The translations under genes were made by a program, and so were the position numbers. The notes beneath the pieces were generated by a model. That model was not told the DNA's origin. It did no database searches and saw only the letters and a list, made by a program, of their open reading frames with translations. Below, one piece after another: positions 41,418-52,400 of a DNA stretch of 64,000 nt. Origin of the DNA: a virus (Duplodnaviria; Caudoviricetes). The DNA lies in IMG/VR virus record IMGVR_UViG_3300021254_000026, positions 44,010-108,009 of that record, one strand, 5' to 3'. Each line of letters opens with the position of its first letter. Position 1 is the first letter of the stretch.

Positions 41418-42488
41418 ATGAATATAAAAAAATTATCAGAAATACCTACATGTAGTGGAATTTATCGTTTTACTAATACAGAAAATGGAAAAATCTATGT
41501 AGGTAGCGCAAAAAACCTTAGAAAGAGATACGGAAAACATATAAGTTGTCTCAGATTAAATAAACATCATTCTAAACATTTTCAAAATGCTTGGAATAAA
41601 TACGGGGAAGATAAATTTAAATATGATATTATTGAATTTGTTGATGATATTTCAATTCTCTTAGTAAGAGAACAATATTATCTTGATACATTATTATTTG
41701 CTCAAGAATACATTAGAAAAGAATCTAATAAATTTCTTGAATTAGGTTATAATATAAATCCTTGTTCTTCTAATAGATTGGGTGCAGTTCAATCAGAAGA
41801 ATCTATAAGAAAAATAATATTAGCTAAAGCAATTCCAATACTTCAATATGATTTTAATGGAAATTTTATAGCTGAATATATATCTTGTGGAGAAGCTTCT
41901 AGATTTTTAAATATAGATGTTCATCTCATAGCTTCATGTTGTAAACATCAACAAGAATATACACATGAATTTTTCTTTATTTATAAAAAAGAATTAGAGA
42001 ATTACAAAGATTATTTTGAATCTTTAAAAGAATCTCCATTTATACCACAAGTTTGGAATAAAGGATTGAAAGGAATTAGACCCAATAAAGATGATTGTTT
42101 GATAGTGTTTGATAGATATGGAAGATATATTAATACTTTTGCTTATCAAGTCGATATAGCAAAATTTATTGGATGTACAACTGCAAATTTATCTAAAGCT
42201 AAAAACATAAAAATAATAAAAAATTATTTAGTATTTGATTTAAATTTTGATTATCAATCTAAAATAGAAGAAATTAGAAACGAATATTCTTTTATTTACA
42301 CTTTAAATCAAATTCCAGATAAAATAATGATGTACGATAATTTTGAGAACTTTATTAGTGGATTTGAAAGTGTTCATGAAGCAAGTCTAATAACAGGATT
42401 AAAAGAAGCTTCTATATATGATGTTTTATGTGGAAGAAGAAAACAAAATAAAGGTTTTATTTTTAAATATTATGATGATATAGTCTAA
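41418..42488 (+). CDS. GIY-YIG homing endonuclease with NUMOD1-like repeats
   Basis: SGIYRFTN...KIYVGSA...GYN; ORF end overlaps the intron S element. Confidence 0.92.
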   Translation: MNIKKLSEIPTCSGIYRFTNTENGKIYVGSAKNLRKRYGKHISCLRLNKHHSKHFQNAWNKYGEDKFKYDIIEFVDDISILLVREQYYLDTLLFAQEYIRKESNKFLELGYNINPCSSNRLGAVQSEESIRKIILAKAIPILQYDFNGNFIAEYISCGEASRFLNIDVHLIASCCKHQQEYTHEFFFIYKKELENYKDYFESLKESPFIPQVWNKGLKGIRPNKDDCLIVFDRYGRYINTFAYQVDIAKFIGCTTANLSKAKNIKIIKNYLVFDLNFDYQSKIEEIRNEYSFIYTLNQIPDKIMMYDNFENFISGFESVHEASLITGLKEASIYDVLCGRRKQNKGFIFKYYDDIV

Positions 42489-42556
42489 TCTACATAGAAA
42501 TATGTAGGTTATCAAAGTTAGAGTGATTAACTAACATAAAATTTGATAACACAATG

Positions 42557-44130
42557 TAAAAGACCTTGAAATAGCAATGAGAATGGATAATGTTGAAGAA
42601 ATGCCTATTCATCATACTCATTGGTGTAATAAAGAAGATTGTAATTTGATATTAGAGTATAACAAAAATGACGTAGAAGCTACTTATAGATTTCTTCTTG
42701 TCACTTTAGGCAAAACAGACTATCCGTTATATAAAGGAAAAAATAAACTTCAACTTCGATTCGATTTAAATAAAAAATTTGGAGTAAACGTAACTAATAT
42801 GGGCGATGTTCCAATGGGTGAAGAATTAATGTTACAATTATATTCTAGAGCCGTTGGAATAAATCCATATGAACTTAAAAGACAAGGTGGAACACCACGC
42901 TCCGAAATTAAATTGAAAGATTGTATTCCATATTGGTGTAATATAAAATCTAAAGAATTTAATAAATTTCTAGATAAAATTAAATCTACTATTATTAAAG
43001 GTGAAAAAGGAGAATTTTCTTATTCTGTAATTTTTCATGAAAATAAGTTTGATTTTGGAATTGGGGGTGCTCATAGTTCAATAAAACCAGGAGTATATGA
43101 ATCAAATGATTATTGGCAAATAGTAGATTTTGATATTTCATCACTATATCCAAGTGTAGCTAAATCTTTAGGTTTATATCCAGCACATCTTGGTCCAGAA
43201 TTTATGCAATTATATTCTCAGTTTATCGACAAACGAATTGCTGAAAAACATAAACCTAAAAATGAACGAGATAATGTTCTTATTGAAGGATTTAAACTTA
43301 TACTCAATGGAACCTACGGTAAGAGTAATGAAGATAAGTCTTTTCTTTATGATCCAATGTATACTTTTAGTACAACTATTGCAGGACAACTATTTATATG
43401 TATGTGGGCTGAAAGAATGGTAAAAGCTTGTCCAGAACTAGTGTTCTTGCAAACAAATACGGATGGAATAACCGTAAGAATACCTAGAAAATCCTTACAA
43501 GCTATTAGAGAAGTTAATGAACAATTAACTAAAGAAACAACACTAGTTATTGAAGAAGCGTTCTATTCTAAGATGTTTTTAAGGGATGTAAATAATTACG
43601 GAGCTGTATATGAAGATTCTACACCTGATAATGAACATATTAAATTAAAAGGAGACTTTGAGATAGATAAAGAATTTCACAAAGATCCTTCTATGAGAAT
43701 TGTTCCTCTTGCTGTAAAAGAATATTTTGTATATGGAATTCCTGTTGAAGAAACAATAAAAAATAACAGAGATATTTTTAATTTTTGTATAAGATTAAAA
43801 ACAAATTCTGGATGTACTGCATATTTCAAGTATTTTGACGAAAACAAGCACCTAAAGGATAAACCTCTAGATAGAACAACTCGATATTACATAAGTAATG
43901 GTTATATAGGATTAGATCCTACGTCAGAAAATGGAATTATAACTAAAAATTTCAACGACGGAAGAATAACTGGAGTAAATGTTGGGTTTTCAGCAACTTT
44001 ATTTAATAAAGTTATAAAATTAGATAATTGGGAAGATTATCATATTGATTATAAATTTTATATATCTGAAGCTAATAAATTAAAGAACCCGTTAGCTATT
44101 AAACAATTAGATTTATTTAGTGATTTATGA
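42557..44130 (+). CDS. polB: family B DNA polymerase, exon 2
   Basis: YNKNDV, DFDISSLYPS, KLILNGTYG, QTNTDG; spliced product 652 aa. Confidence 0.93.
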
Positions 44131-44384
44131 AATTAGAAGAAGTAGTTCCTGAAATGACTGAACAAAATTTTCAGTACGAAGTAAATAAAATAATTGAAGC
44201 TCAAAAGAAACCAGGAAGTATTTATTACCCTTTATTTAGAGATAGAAATTGGACTTTTGAGGAATTAATTAATGAATTATCATTAATACAAAATAAAACA
44301 AGTAATTTGTCAAGATTTAAACGTGATGCTGTTAGTACAATAATACATGCAGCTTTACTGAATATGGTTAAAACTGAAGAGTGA
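44127..44384 (+). CDS. hypothetical protein
   Basis: 85 aa. Confidence 0.7.
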   Translation: MKLEEVVPEMTEQNFQYEVNKIIEAQKKPGSIYYPLFRDRNWTFEELINELSLIQNKTSNLSRFKRDAVSTIIHAALLNMVKTEE

Positions 44385-44602
44385 TGTGGACATTGTTAAT
44401 ATACTTAATAGGTAGTTTTTACGCCTTTATGTTAGTTTTACAAATGTATTCTAATGAATATAATAATGAGATTCCAGAATTAAATGAACTTAAGAGAGAT
44501 TATCCTGAAGCTATTATTATATTTTGTTTTGCAACACTAACATCGTGGTTATATGTAATATTGTATATTGTAGCTAATATATCTAATAAATATAGAAAAT
44601 GA
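44381..44602 (+). CDS. small two-TM membrane protein
   Basis: Two hydrophobic segments. Confidence 0.65.
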   Translation: MMWTLLIYLIGSFYAFMLVLQMYSNEYNNEIPELNELKRDYPEAIIIFCFATLTSWLYVILYIVANISNKYRK

Positions 44603-45528
44603 AATTTATTAACCCATCTGTAGAACTATACCCTCAGGAGAATTATACTCTTGAGGGCATATATAAACAAATAGAAAAATGTGCTAGAGTGTCTTATAAA
44701 TCAGAAGATAAGATCACAGAAACATCTAGTAAAACATTTGTAGATAATCTTATTAAAGCTGGACATTATGCTCCATTAGAATTTGGAACTGTATATTTAT
44801 ACTTAGAAATAAATACAGAAAATGCTTTTAGTAAGTTTGAATATCCTTTAGCTCACTTTACAGCAGGTTATAATTGGTCAGATGTTGTAGGAAGTATTGC
44901 TGCAAGATATAGAACAAACCAGTACTCAAAAGTTAGTCAAGTTATTGAAACCTCTAAAACTGAATCTGGAAGTACAAAGGTTATTCGAAAATATTTTATA
45001 ACAAGTAATTACAGAGCAATTATCGAGAATAGTTGGCAAGACGATTTACAATTTGTATGTACTCCGACAGAACATCACATTAAAAGATATTGTGTTAAGT
45101 TCACTACTGATATTGGTACAGCGAGAGAATTTACTAGACACAGAGTATTTAGTTTTATGCAAGAAAGTACTCGATACTGTAACTATTCTAAAGGAAAATT
45201 CAACGAAGAACTTGCGGTGATAGTTCCTTGTAAATCAGATTGGAACGGTGTAGAAGGTAACGCTTATTATCAAATGTTAGGTCTTTTAGATGATATAGAA
45301 CGAGTATATATGATGGGAGCTAAAGAGGGGATAAAACCTCAGATACTAAGAGATATATTACCTTTAAGAACTAAAACTGAGTTAGTAATGTGTGGATTTG
45401 AAGATGACTGGAAACACTTCTTTAATTTAAGATTAAGAGGTACTACAGGTGCTCCACACCCTGATGCAAAAGAAGTATCACAGTTAGCTTGGGATTTATT
45501 TAAAGAAACTTATAAAATTGAATTATAA
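44599..45528 (+). CDS. thyX: flavin-dependent thymidylate synthase
   Basis: GHYAPLEF, REFTRHRVFSFMQESTRY, FFNLR...AHP-like APHP. Confidence 0.93.
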   Translation: MKFINPSVELYPQENYTLEGIYKQIEKCARVSYKSEDKITETSSKTFVDNLIKAGHYAPLEFGTVYLYLEINTENAFSKFEYPLAHFTAGYNWSDVVGSIAARYRTNQYSKVSQVIETSKTESGSTKVIRKYFITSNYRAIIENSWQDDLQFVCTPTEHHIKRYCVKFTTDIGTAREFTRHRVFSFMQESTRYCNYSKGKFNEELAVIVPCKSDWNGVEGNAYYQMLGLLDDIERVYMMGAKEGIKPQILRDILPLRTKTELVMCGFEDDWKHFFNLRLRGTTGAPHPDAKEVSQLAWDLFKETYKIEL

Positions 45529-45922
45529 TCTTAGTGATAAACAACAGAATATTGTTGATGCTTTAGAAGAACTAGGTTGGACAATCGTAGGTATAAAATG
45601 AACAATTGAGTCCGGAATTGGTCCTAATTGTATTCTGTATTATAAGTTAACTAAATCGAATCTGAAACAAATAGGAAGTGAAATAAGAAGTAATTGTATT
45701 TATAGATAAACAATGAGATACATAGATAAATATCCAAAATGTGTAGGGTGTCCCGTAGAAAAGTATTGCGGGACTGCTGTAAGTAGTATTAGACTGTGTA
45801 ATTCTTATGAGAAAACTGAAAATTAAGAAACATTATTGTGAAGAGTGTGGAAAAGAGTTATCAGAACAAGAATATATAAACAATGATTCTCTTTGTAATA
45901 AATGTTATGAATCTTTATCGGA

Positions 45923-46183
45923 ATGAAAAAAGTTATTAATTTAAAATCAAGACAAGATGATGATTATACTTTAATTTGGGTAGAAGGTAATTTATATAAA
46001 GCTGATTTTGGTGAAATGATGGAATGGGTAAGATTTGGTGGAGATGGAATTAATGGATCTTATGATTTTGTTGATCCACCAGGTGGACCGTTTATTCACA
46101 TTGGTTATAAATTACCAACTGGGGAAACAGTTGAATCTATTAAAGTTGACAGAGGAATATATTTAACTTTGAAAAATGAATGA
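45923..46183 (+). CDS. hypothetical protein
   Basis: 86 aa; FVDPPGGPFI motif. Confidence 0.7.
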   Translation: MKKVINLKSRQDDDYTLIWVEGNLYKADFGEMMEWVRFGGDGINGSYDFVDPPGGPFIHIGYKLPTGETVESIKVDRGIYLTLKNE

Positions 46184-46293
46184 ATTGATTGACGATCTTA
46201 AAATAAAATTAGAAAGTTTCTTTCGCATTATTCCTGGATATTTTAATATAAAACAAGAAATATTAGATTTAGTGAATAAAATAAAAAGAACTT

Positions 46294-46563
46294 ATGAGTA
46301 ACGTAAATCATCCTTCACATTATAATACTAATAATCCAACAATATATTTTAATAATGGAAAAGAGATTATTGAAATTCCTGTAGAATGTATTGACGTTAT
46401 TAGAGATATGCCTTCGTGGAAGGGAAATGCCATTAAATATCTTTGGAGAGAAGGTTTAAAAGAAGATAGTTCCTTATCTGAGGTAGAAAAAGAGATCGAA
46501 GATCTTGAAAAAGCTATTTGGTATATTCAAGATAAAATTAATCAATTAAAATTTAAACTATGA
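46294..46563 (+). CDS. DUF3310 family protein
   Basis: NVNHPSHY...ECID...GNAIKYLWR...EDLEKAIWY. Confidence 0.85.
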   Translation: MSNVNHPSHYNTNNPTIYFNNGKEIIEIPVECIDVIRDMPSWKGNAIKYLWREGLKEDSSLSEVEKEIEDLEKAIWYIQDKINQLKFKL

Positions 46564-46670
46564 ATTGGAGTAAATTAGACTGGAAATTAAAGTACGCAGT
46601 AGTACTTATTGCAACAGCTGCTGTATTGGTAGGACTTGCATTTTTGAGTTCATTAACTTAAAATTTAAAT

Positions 46671-46692
46671 AGGGAGAGATTTAAATCTCTCC
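46671..46692. terminator. intergenic palindrome, possible terminator
   Basis: GGGAGAGATTTAAATCTCTCCC. Confidence 0.5.
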
Positions 46693-46857
46693 CTTATTAA
46701 TTATTAAAATATGACATTTATAATTCATTTTAAAAATAAACCCAGAAAAACATATTCTAACCGATATAACGAAGATATTGAATACGAAAGAGACGCTGCT
46801 TGGGATGACGTATATAGTCAATTTCCAGATGCAGATTATATAGAAGAATTTTAGGTT

Positions 46858-47295
46858 ATGATTATAGCTATTGATTTTGACGGAACTTGTGTTACACATG
46901 AATATCCTAAAATAGGTAAAAATATTGGAGCAGCTCCAGTATTAAGAAAGTTAGTAGAATGTGGACACAAACTAATTTTATTTACTATGCGCAGTGACTT
47001 AAACGGTGATTTAGGAGATGCTTTAAAATGGTTTGAAAAAGAAAATATTCCACTTTATGGAATTAATGAAAATCCTTCCCAAACTTGGAGTACTTCGCCT
47101 AAAGCTTATGCTCATTACTACATTGACGATTCGGCAATAGGATGTCCTACTACTAGTAACTATTATTTAAATAGACCTCATGTAGATTGGTTTGAAATAG
47201 CAGAAATTTTAGATAACTTAGGTGCTTTTTCAAATATTACAACAAATGAAGAATGGAATAATTTGTTAGAAGAAATAGACAATGACTATACATAA
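46858..47295 (+). CDS. HAD-superfamily hydrolase (BT0820-like)
   Basis: IAIDFDGT, LFTMR, PKAYAHYYIDD. Confidence 0.88.
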   Translation: MIIAIDFDGTCVTHEYPKIGKNIGAAPVLRKLVECGHKLILFTMRSDLNGDLGDALKWFEKENIPLYGINENPSQTWSTSPKAYAHYYIDDSAIGCPTTSNYYLNRPHVDWFEIAEILDNLGAFSNITTNEEWNNLLEEIDNDYT

Positions 47296-47617
47296 TAATG
47301 ATAATTATCCTCCTATGATGCGAAGTGAATATGAAAATGCTCCGTGGAATGAAAAAGCAGTTCTTGGTGTAGCAACAGTTTATTGTTCATATAGTAAATC
47401 TGTTCCAATAATGAGTGACGTAAATTTTAAAGAAAGGTATTATACAATCCCTGAATTATTAGAGGAATTGAGAACTATGTGTGAAGAAAAATTAAAGAAT
47501 GCAGATCTTAATAATTCTGAACGTAAACATTATCAACGAATTGCAGATAATTGTAAAGGTTGGATTGAAGATGAATTTTGTGATGATTTTGAAGAAGAAC
47601 AAAACGATTTGGTATGA
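47282..47617 (+). CDS. hypothetical protein
   Basis: 111 aa; YPP...APWNE motif. Confidence 0.7.
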   Translation: MTIHNNDNYPPMMRSEYENAPWNEKAVLGVATVYCSYSKSVPIMSDVNFKERYYTIPELLEELRTMCEEKLKNADLNNSERKHYQRIADNCKGWIEDEFCDDFEEEQNDLV

Positions 47618-48282
47618 AAATTTGTGCAATTAGTGATACTCATGGGCAACATAGAAATCTTAAAATAGAACCTGCTGATATTCTGTGTATTGCTGGAGAT
47701 ATATCTCCTTTAAGAATTCAAGGTAGAAAGTCAGAAATGTTAAATTGGTTAAAAGAAGATTTTTTACCTTGGTGTGAAGAACTTCCTGTGAATAAAGTAT
47801 TTGTGGTGTTCGGCAACCATGAATTAGCGGTTAGTCACATGGAAGAAGAAGTTTTAAATCTTGTTAATTTAGAATCTAAAGTAACATTCTTAATTAATAG
47901 TGGAGTTGAATATAAAGGTTATAAAATATGGGGAAGTCCATTATCCAATAAATTTGGAAATTGGGCATATATGAATCCAGAATCAGAACAAGTTGAGATA
48001 TTTAAAACAATGCCTGATAACGTAGATATTCTTATTGTTCACGGGCCTCCTTATAATGCTTGTGATATATGTTTACAACATCCGTATGGAAATGTCAATC
48101 ATTTAGGAAATCCAGCTTTAACGATAGTTATAGAACAGAAGAAACCCAAAGTTACTTTATGTGGACATTTACATACTGGACAAAGACATGAAAAATTATA
48201 TGGAGAATATGATGTATATAATGTGTCAGTATTAAATGAACAATATGAAATTTGGAGAGAACCTTTATATTTAGAAATATGA
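47614..48282 (+). CDS. metallophosphoesterase
   Basis: SDTHG, AGD, GNHE, HGPP, CGHLH. Confidence 0.92.
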   Translation: MKICAISDTHGQHRNLKIEPADILCIAGDISPLRIQGRKSEMLNWLKEDFLPWCEELPVNKVFVVFGNHELAVSHMEEEVLNLVNLESKVTFLINSGVEYKGYKIWGSPLSNKFGNWAYMNPESEQVEIFKTMPDNVDILIVHGPPYNACDICLQHPYGNVNHLGNPALTIVIEQKKPKVTLCGHLHTGQRHEKLYGEYDVYNVSVLNEQYEIWREPLYLEI

Positions 48283-48851
48283 TTACTTTAGTAATTTGCA
48301 ATTGTCAAAGTGATTTTATAGCAGGAACTATGTGTAAAAAATCAACTAAAAGTATTCTTCCTGTTATAAAAACATTTATAAAAGAAAATAAAAATAATAT
48401 CGATAAAATAATATTTACAATAGACTGGCATCCTTATAATCATTGTTCTTTTAAAAAGAATGGAGGGAATTTACCTATACATTGTGTACAAGATACTCCT
48501 GGAGCTTGTATAGAACCCAAATTATTAAAATATATACAATCTTTAAACATAAATTATGATGTCGATAGACTTGGAATTTATGAAGATTTAGAAGAACACG
48601 GGGCATTTAAAGATATATTATCGACAAATGATATATTAGGAAAACGATATTATTTTGACAACATTTTAGTTAATCCCGATTCAGATATTGTATTATGTGG
48701 GATAAACGAAAATGATAGTATTAGAGAAACAATAAATAATTTAAAAATTAAATCTATATATCCAAAAATTTTAGTTTCTGGAATTACTTCATTAGAAAAT
48801 GAAGAAAAATTATATAAATTTATAAAAGAAAATGGAATAGAAAAAATATAA
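48279..48851 (+). CDS. nicotinamidase (PncA)/isochorismatase-fold protein, catalytic triad apparently lost
   Basis: QSDF, DWHPYNHCSF, PIHCVQDTPGA present; ICNCQ and CGINENDSI at the usual Asp and Cys positions. Confidence 0.8.
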   Translation: MITLVICNCQSDFIAGTMCKKSTKSILPVIKTFIKENKNNIDKIIFTIDWHPYNHCSFKKNGGNLPIHCVQDTPGACIEPKLLKYIQSLNINYDVDRLGIYEDLEEHGAFKDILSTNDILGKRYYFDNILVNPDSDIVLCGINENDSIRETINNLKIKSIYPKILVSGITSLENEEKLYKFIKENGIEKI

Positions 48852-48856
48852 ACAGA

Positions 48857-48900
48857 AACCCCGATTTACCATTTATTTGGTAGGTCGGGGTTATTTTTTT
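48857..48900 (+). terminator. intrinsic terminator ending the replication module
   Basis: AACCCCGATTTACCA/TGGTAGGTCGGGGTT plus T7. Confidence 0.88.
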
Positions 48901-48998
48901 CTACAATCGTTTGAAAATTTTGAGATGAACATTTTATCGCTAAACATATTTAATGCGATTGTAGTTAATTCTAGATAAGAGTATAACAAAATTTTAAT

Positions 48999-49217
48999 AT
49001 GAATTATTGGAATAAAATTTCAGCAATTTTAATGGACACAAATTCTGAAAATAAATTGAATACAGATATACTTCTTGAGACAAGTGAAGAACAAGGACTT
49101 TCCACATTAGAAATGTTACATATTGATAAATTGTGGCAAGAACCTAGTTCTGGAGAAATAGGATATACATTACAAGGATGTGATGAAGAATTTGATTTAT
49201 CAGAATTGGAAGAATGA
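48999..49217 (+). CDS. small acidic protein (possibly truncated)
   Basis: 72 aa; coding-like frame continues past TGA to TAA 49257. Confidence 0.55.
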   Translation: MNYWNKISAILMDTNSENKLNTDILLETSEEQGLSTLEMLHIDKLWQEPSSGEIGYTLQGCDEEFDLSELEE

Positions 49218-49261
49218 CAATTAGCAGATATTTATGAGCAATTGGTTTATTTATTATAAAA

Positions 49262-49408
49262 ATGAATACAATAGATTTTATTGAAAAATATTGTAAAATT
49301 AAAATCAAAAATTCGGATAAAATTGAAAATATAAAATTAAAAAATTATCAAAAAGAATTTATTAAGTATTTAGAAAACAAAAAGGGAAGATTAACCAGAA
49401 ACGGTTAG
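49262..49408 (+). CDS. small protein resembling a terminase N-terminal segment
   Basis: MNTIDFIEKYCKIK...IKLKNYQKEFI; ends at a TAG inside the terminator. Confidence 0.4.
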   Translation: MNTIDFIEKYCKIKIKNSDKIENIKLKNYQKEFIKYLENKKGRLTRNG

Positions 49409-49425
49409 TCTTCCCTTATTTTTTT
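49379..49425. terminator. bidirectional terminator between convergent modules
   Basis: AAGGGAAGATTAACC/GGTTAGTCTTCCCTT flanked by an A-run and a T-run. Confidence 0.85.
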
Positions 49426-52400
49426 ATTCTTCTTTTCCGTTATCTCCAATTTTTCTTCCCAAAGTTGATAATTTTATATAATCCCACATAGGTTTAGTTG
49501 CATTAGTAGAACCATTAGATTTAATTAAGAAATCATATAAGTCTTGTTTTCCAGTTCCAACTTTTATTAAATTCTAAGCAAGTCTATCTGTACTTTGAAT
49601 TGCGAATGGTGTCCAGTCTTTGCCTCTACCAAATATAGATTCTATAAAATTAGCATCTAATGTTGAAGCTTTAAGTATTTGAGTACCTCCACTTAAAATA
49701 GTATTAGTAAATGCTTTACTAACAGAATCATTTCCAGATGCTTTAACATAATCTTTAACTTGAGTTTCTACTGAACCAAGAAGCAAGTTTCCAATAAGTA
49801 ACCATATTAATAAATCAGAAATAAGCTATCTCATATTAGAACTATATAATCTTCTAATTTGAGGATCAATCTCTTCATTGTTAAATAAATCCTAAATAGC
49901 TACTATTCCAGATTTATTTGTCATATCAGATTTTCCAGCAAATGCTTTTATTAATTCAATTCCAGTAAGAAAAATTCCTTCCTGTGGTCTTCCTTTCCAT
50001 ACTTGAAGTGGAACTCCAGTATTTTCAGTAGTAGGAATTAAATCTCCGTCTTCATCCTCTTTCCAATAATAAAACTAACCATTCTCTTCATATTGAGACC
50101 AATCACCTTCTTGAGTAAAAGAACGGGTTTGAGCATATTGGTTTTTCTTAGCAGACCAATATGTATTCATCTGCATTAACATAGAGCCAACTAAACTGGA
50201 ATGAATCATAGATTTCTTTTCATGGGCATAATATCCGTATATTCTATCGGATAAAGCCTTCATTCCTTCTGACTATTGATTAGTATACGCTTTAGGAAGA
50301 GATTGAATATTTTTTAAATCTAATTTAAATAACGAACCATCCTCATTTCTTGCTCCTTCTTGCTCTAACTACTATCCCATAGTTATATAAAGAGACTTCT
50401 ATCGGTTATATTTTTCTAAGTTAGATTTATCCCCCTTAGCAAAGACATCAAATCGTTTATCTTTAGTCCAATCATAAATAAGTTTACCATCAACCATTTT
50501 ATGTGCATCAAGACTTCCATCTTTATACATTTGTGCATAGAAAATAGTCATACGGTTGTAATAGTCAGGTCTAGAAGCAAACCTAAATCCAACATTCCAG
50601 AAATGATAAAGAAGTCCGGTATTATCAGTTTTAATTCTATCAATATAGCTATTAGCATCCATGTCATTAAATCCGTATTGTTGATTTAATAATTCTCCCA
50701 TTGTAAAATTATTTCCGAAATGTGCTAAATCAGACATTGCCAGTTTCCAACCATTTAATAATCCTTCCTTAGTAAATGGAGTTCCTTCTTCTGGAGTATT
50801 TCTAAAATATAATTGACAATCCTTCCATATTCCATCTAAGAACTAATACCATTGTCTTGGATTAAATGCTAAAGCTAATTTAGATGCAGTTGACATCATA
50901 GTTTTTGTTACATCAGCTGCAACCTATTCTAGTCCATCTTTTCTATTTTCAACAGGTTGATTATGTATTCTTGTTTTAACATACTTTAAAATATATTCCA
51001 AGTCATTTTGAAATTTATCATTAAGAATAGCTCCTTGAGCATTTAAATTGAGAGTAAGTGCTCTAAGAACCGGGAATATATTATTTAATTCGTCGGACAT
51101 TTTATAAGCTGAAGTATGTTTTAGCAGAAGAGTTTCAACATTATGTTCAAAGTAGGATTTTCCACCTAGTGCTTCACTACTTAAAAGTTGTTGACGATAT
51201 TCATCGTTATCTTCAGAAGCATCAAATGAATTAATTGCTTCCCACATATCTTCATTCTCAATCCTTTCCTATTGAGCATCATTAAGAAGATTAGTAGCAG
51301 CTTTATCAAATCTTTCTTTTAATCTAGAAGGAGATAACATTGCAAATCTACTTCTAATAAAATTCATCCATCCACCTCTAACAGCAATTTCAGAAGTTAA
51401 GTCTCCTTTAACAAGAGGGACTCTTAAATACTTAGCAGGATTAGATTTTATTAAATTCTCAATGTTATTAGGATCAAAATTCTTTATACGATTATCATTA
51501 ATCTTTAATAAAGCAAATTTTAAGAAATCTCTTTCTTCGTTAGAAAGATTAACATTATTATCCCAAGGATTAACAAACATTAAGTCTTCACTATCCTAAT
51601 CAAACATATTCTAATAAAGAGAAGAAACTTGGTTTCCAACTATATATTGTGAAATTAATCCAAATCCTTTAGCTTTCTTTAGAGCTTCAACTTTCTATCT
51701 TAATTCTTGATTAAAAGCTATAACATTATCTCTAACATTCTAATAAGCTTTTGTTACCTAATCAGTAAATTCATTAAGGGTTTTACTCTAAAGTGTTCCA
51801 GGATTATCAATTTCTGTACCTGAGATTCCTCCAGCTAATGTAAATTTAGCATGGTCTTCAATCTATTGTAAAAGTTTTACTCCAGATAATTGAGATATCG
51901 CAAATAGAATATCTTGGTGTAATTTATATTCTGGATTGTTTTCCTCGTTTTGAATTGTCCCCTTTTCTTGTTTTAATTGAGGATAAGATTCTACAAGACT
52001 TCTATCTAATTCAATTAATCTCTACCTTATTACCTAAGGATTATCTCCAAGATTATCCAAATCAGATACACAGCTCTTTATTTCATTTTTAATACTTTGA
52101 TAAATTTTACCTAAACCTTTTTCTGTATTAGGAGATTCTAATACTTCTCTAAATGTTTCTCTACATATGTCTAAACGAGAAGCCATTTTAATAATTCCTT
52201 CAGAATCATTTCTTTCATCCACAAAGTTATTAGTAATTTTTCCTAATTTACAAAGTCTTCTAAAATTATCAAGTAGTTGTTCATTAGAAGCAGTTAAACC
52301 TTTCTACGAACGAGGAACAATTAATTCTATTTTTCCAATTCCATGGGTCTGATTAGCAAATAATTGTGGAAGTTTATTAATAAGTAACATTGCTTCCATT

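Larger units (their letters stand above)
41112..42556 (+). mobile_element. group I intron with homing endonuclease
   Basis: P1 AGTTCGT/GCGAACT with U.G at 41111; AAATTGCGGGGAA, CGCAGCCAAG, GTTCAACGACTA, GATATAGTC; terminal G at 42556; removal restores the frame. Confidence 0.92.
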
